Assembly: GCA_951406725.2 (NCBI GenBank)
Contig: OX597834.1
Span: forward strand, 20,522,001-20,586,000
Length of the DNA stretch: 64,000 nucleotides
Reading direction: 5' to 3'
Source: Octopus vulgaris
Taxonomy: Eukaryota
The notes below the pieces were generated by a model. It searched no databases. It saw only the letters and a list, made by a program, of their open reading frames with translations, and had not been told where the DNA came from. Positions 63,645 through 64,000 of this stretch are shown piece by piece. Positions within the stretch are counted from its first letter, which is position 1, and each line of letters begins with the position of its first letter. Made by a program: the position numbers and the translations under genes.

Positions 63645-64000
63645 GACTGGGCAACATGTTGTGTTCTTGAGCAAGACATTTTATTTTCACTTTGCTCCAG
63701 TCCACTCAGCTCGCAGAAAGGAGTCATCCTGTGATGGATCAGTGTCCCATCCAGGGAATTGTGGTTTCAGTTCCTGGACTGGGTGATATGTTGTATTCTT
63801 GAGCAAAACACTTCATTTCACTTTACTCCAGTCCACTCAGCTACCAAAAAGGAGTAAACCTGAAAAGGACTGGTGTCCCATCCAGGTGGAGAATTCATAT
63901 GTCATGGAAACCGGGAAACTAGTCCTGAGGAGTCGACATGACATGAGAAGGTTACTTTACCTTTACTTTGTGGAGGCACGTGGCTTAGGGGTTAGGGTAT
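63645..64000 (+). mobile_element. Tandem partial copies of the Meta-like SINE
   Basis: TTCTTGAGCAA..CTCCAGTCCACTCAGCT..GTGTCCCATCCAGG occurs twice, then GGAAACCGGGAAAC. A new head GTGGCTTAGGGGTTAGGG begins at the window end. Confidence 0.65.

Overview
This is eukaryotic, AT-rich, repeat-dense non-coding DNA. Its microsatellite load and SINE/LINE content resemble an octopus (coleoid cephalopod) intron or intergenic region; that attribution is inference. No protein-coding gene could be supported, and nearly all listed ORFs are translations of (TA)n, (CA)n, (CAT)n, (TAA)n, (CTA)n or (GGT)n repeats. Identifiable content: many copies of two abundant tRNA-derived SINE families and a third, Meta-like family; decayed RTE-clade and R4/Dong-like LINE fragments; a mariner fragment and MITE; piggyBac-type TTAA MITEs; and one intact non-autonomous Helitron. 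The most interesting signals are at RNA level: (1) several dispersed minimal type-I hammerhead-like motifs of the Penelope/retrozyme type, two of them in or beside inverted repeats; (2) a composite element with a tRNA-like Pol III head followed by a hammerhead-like core; (3) SINE multimers with an identical GT...AG-bounded unit and a single target-site duplication (TSD) around each array; (4) a strong candidate recursive splice site with an RS-exon; (5) long near-perfect hairpins that could be ADAR or Dicer substrates. Repeat boundaries were read by eye and are approximate unless termini are quoted.
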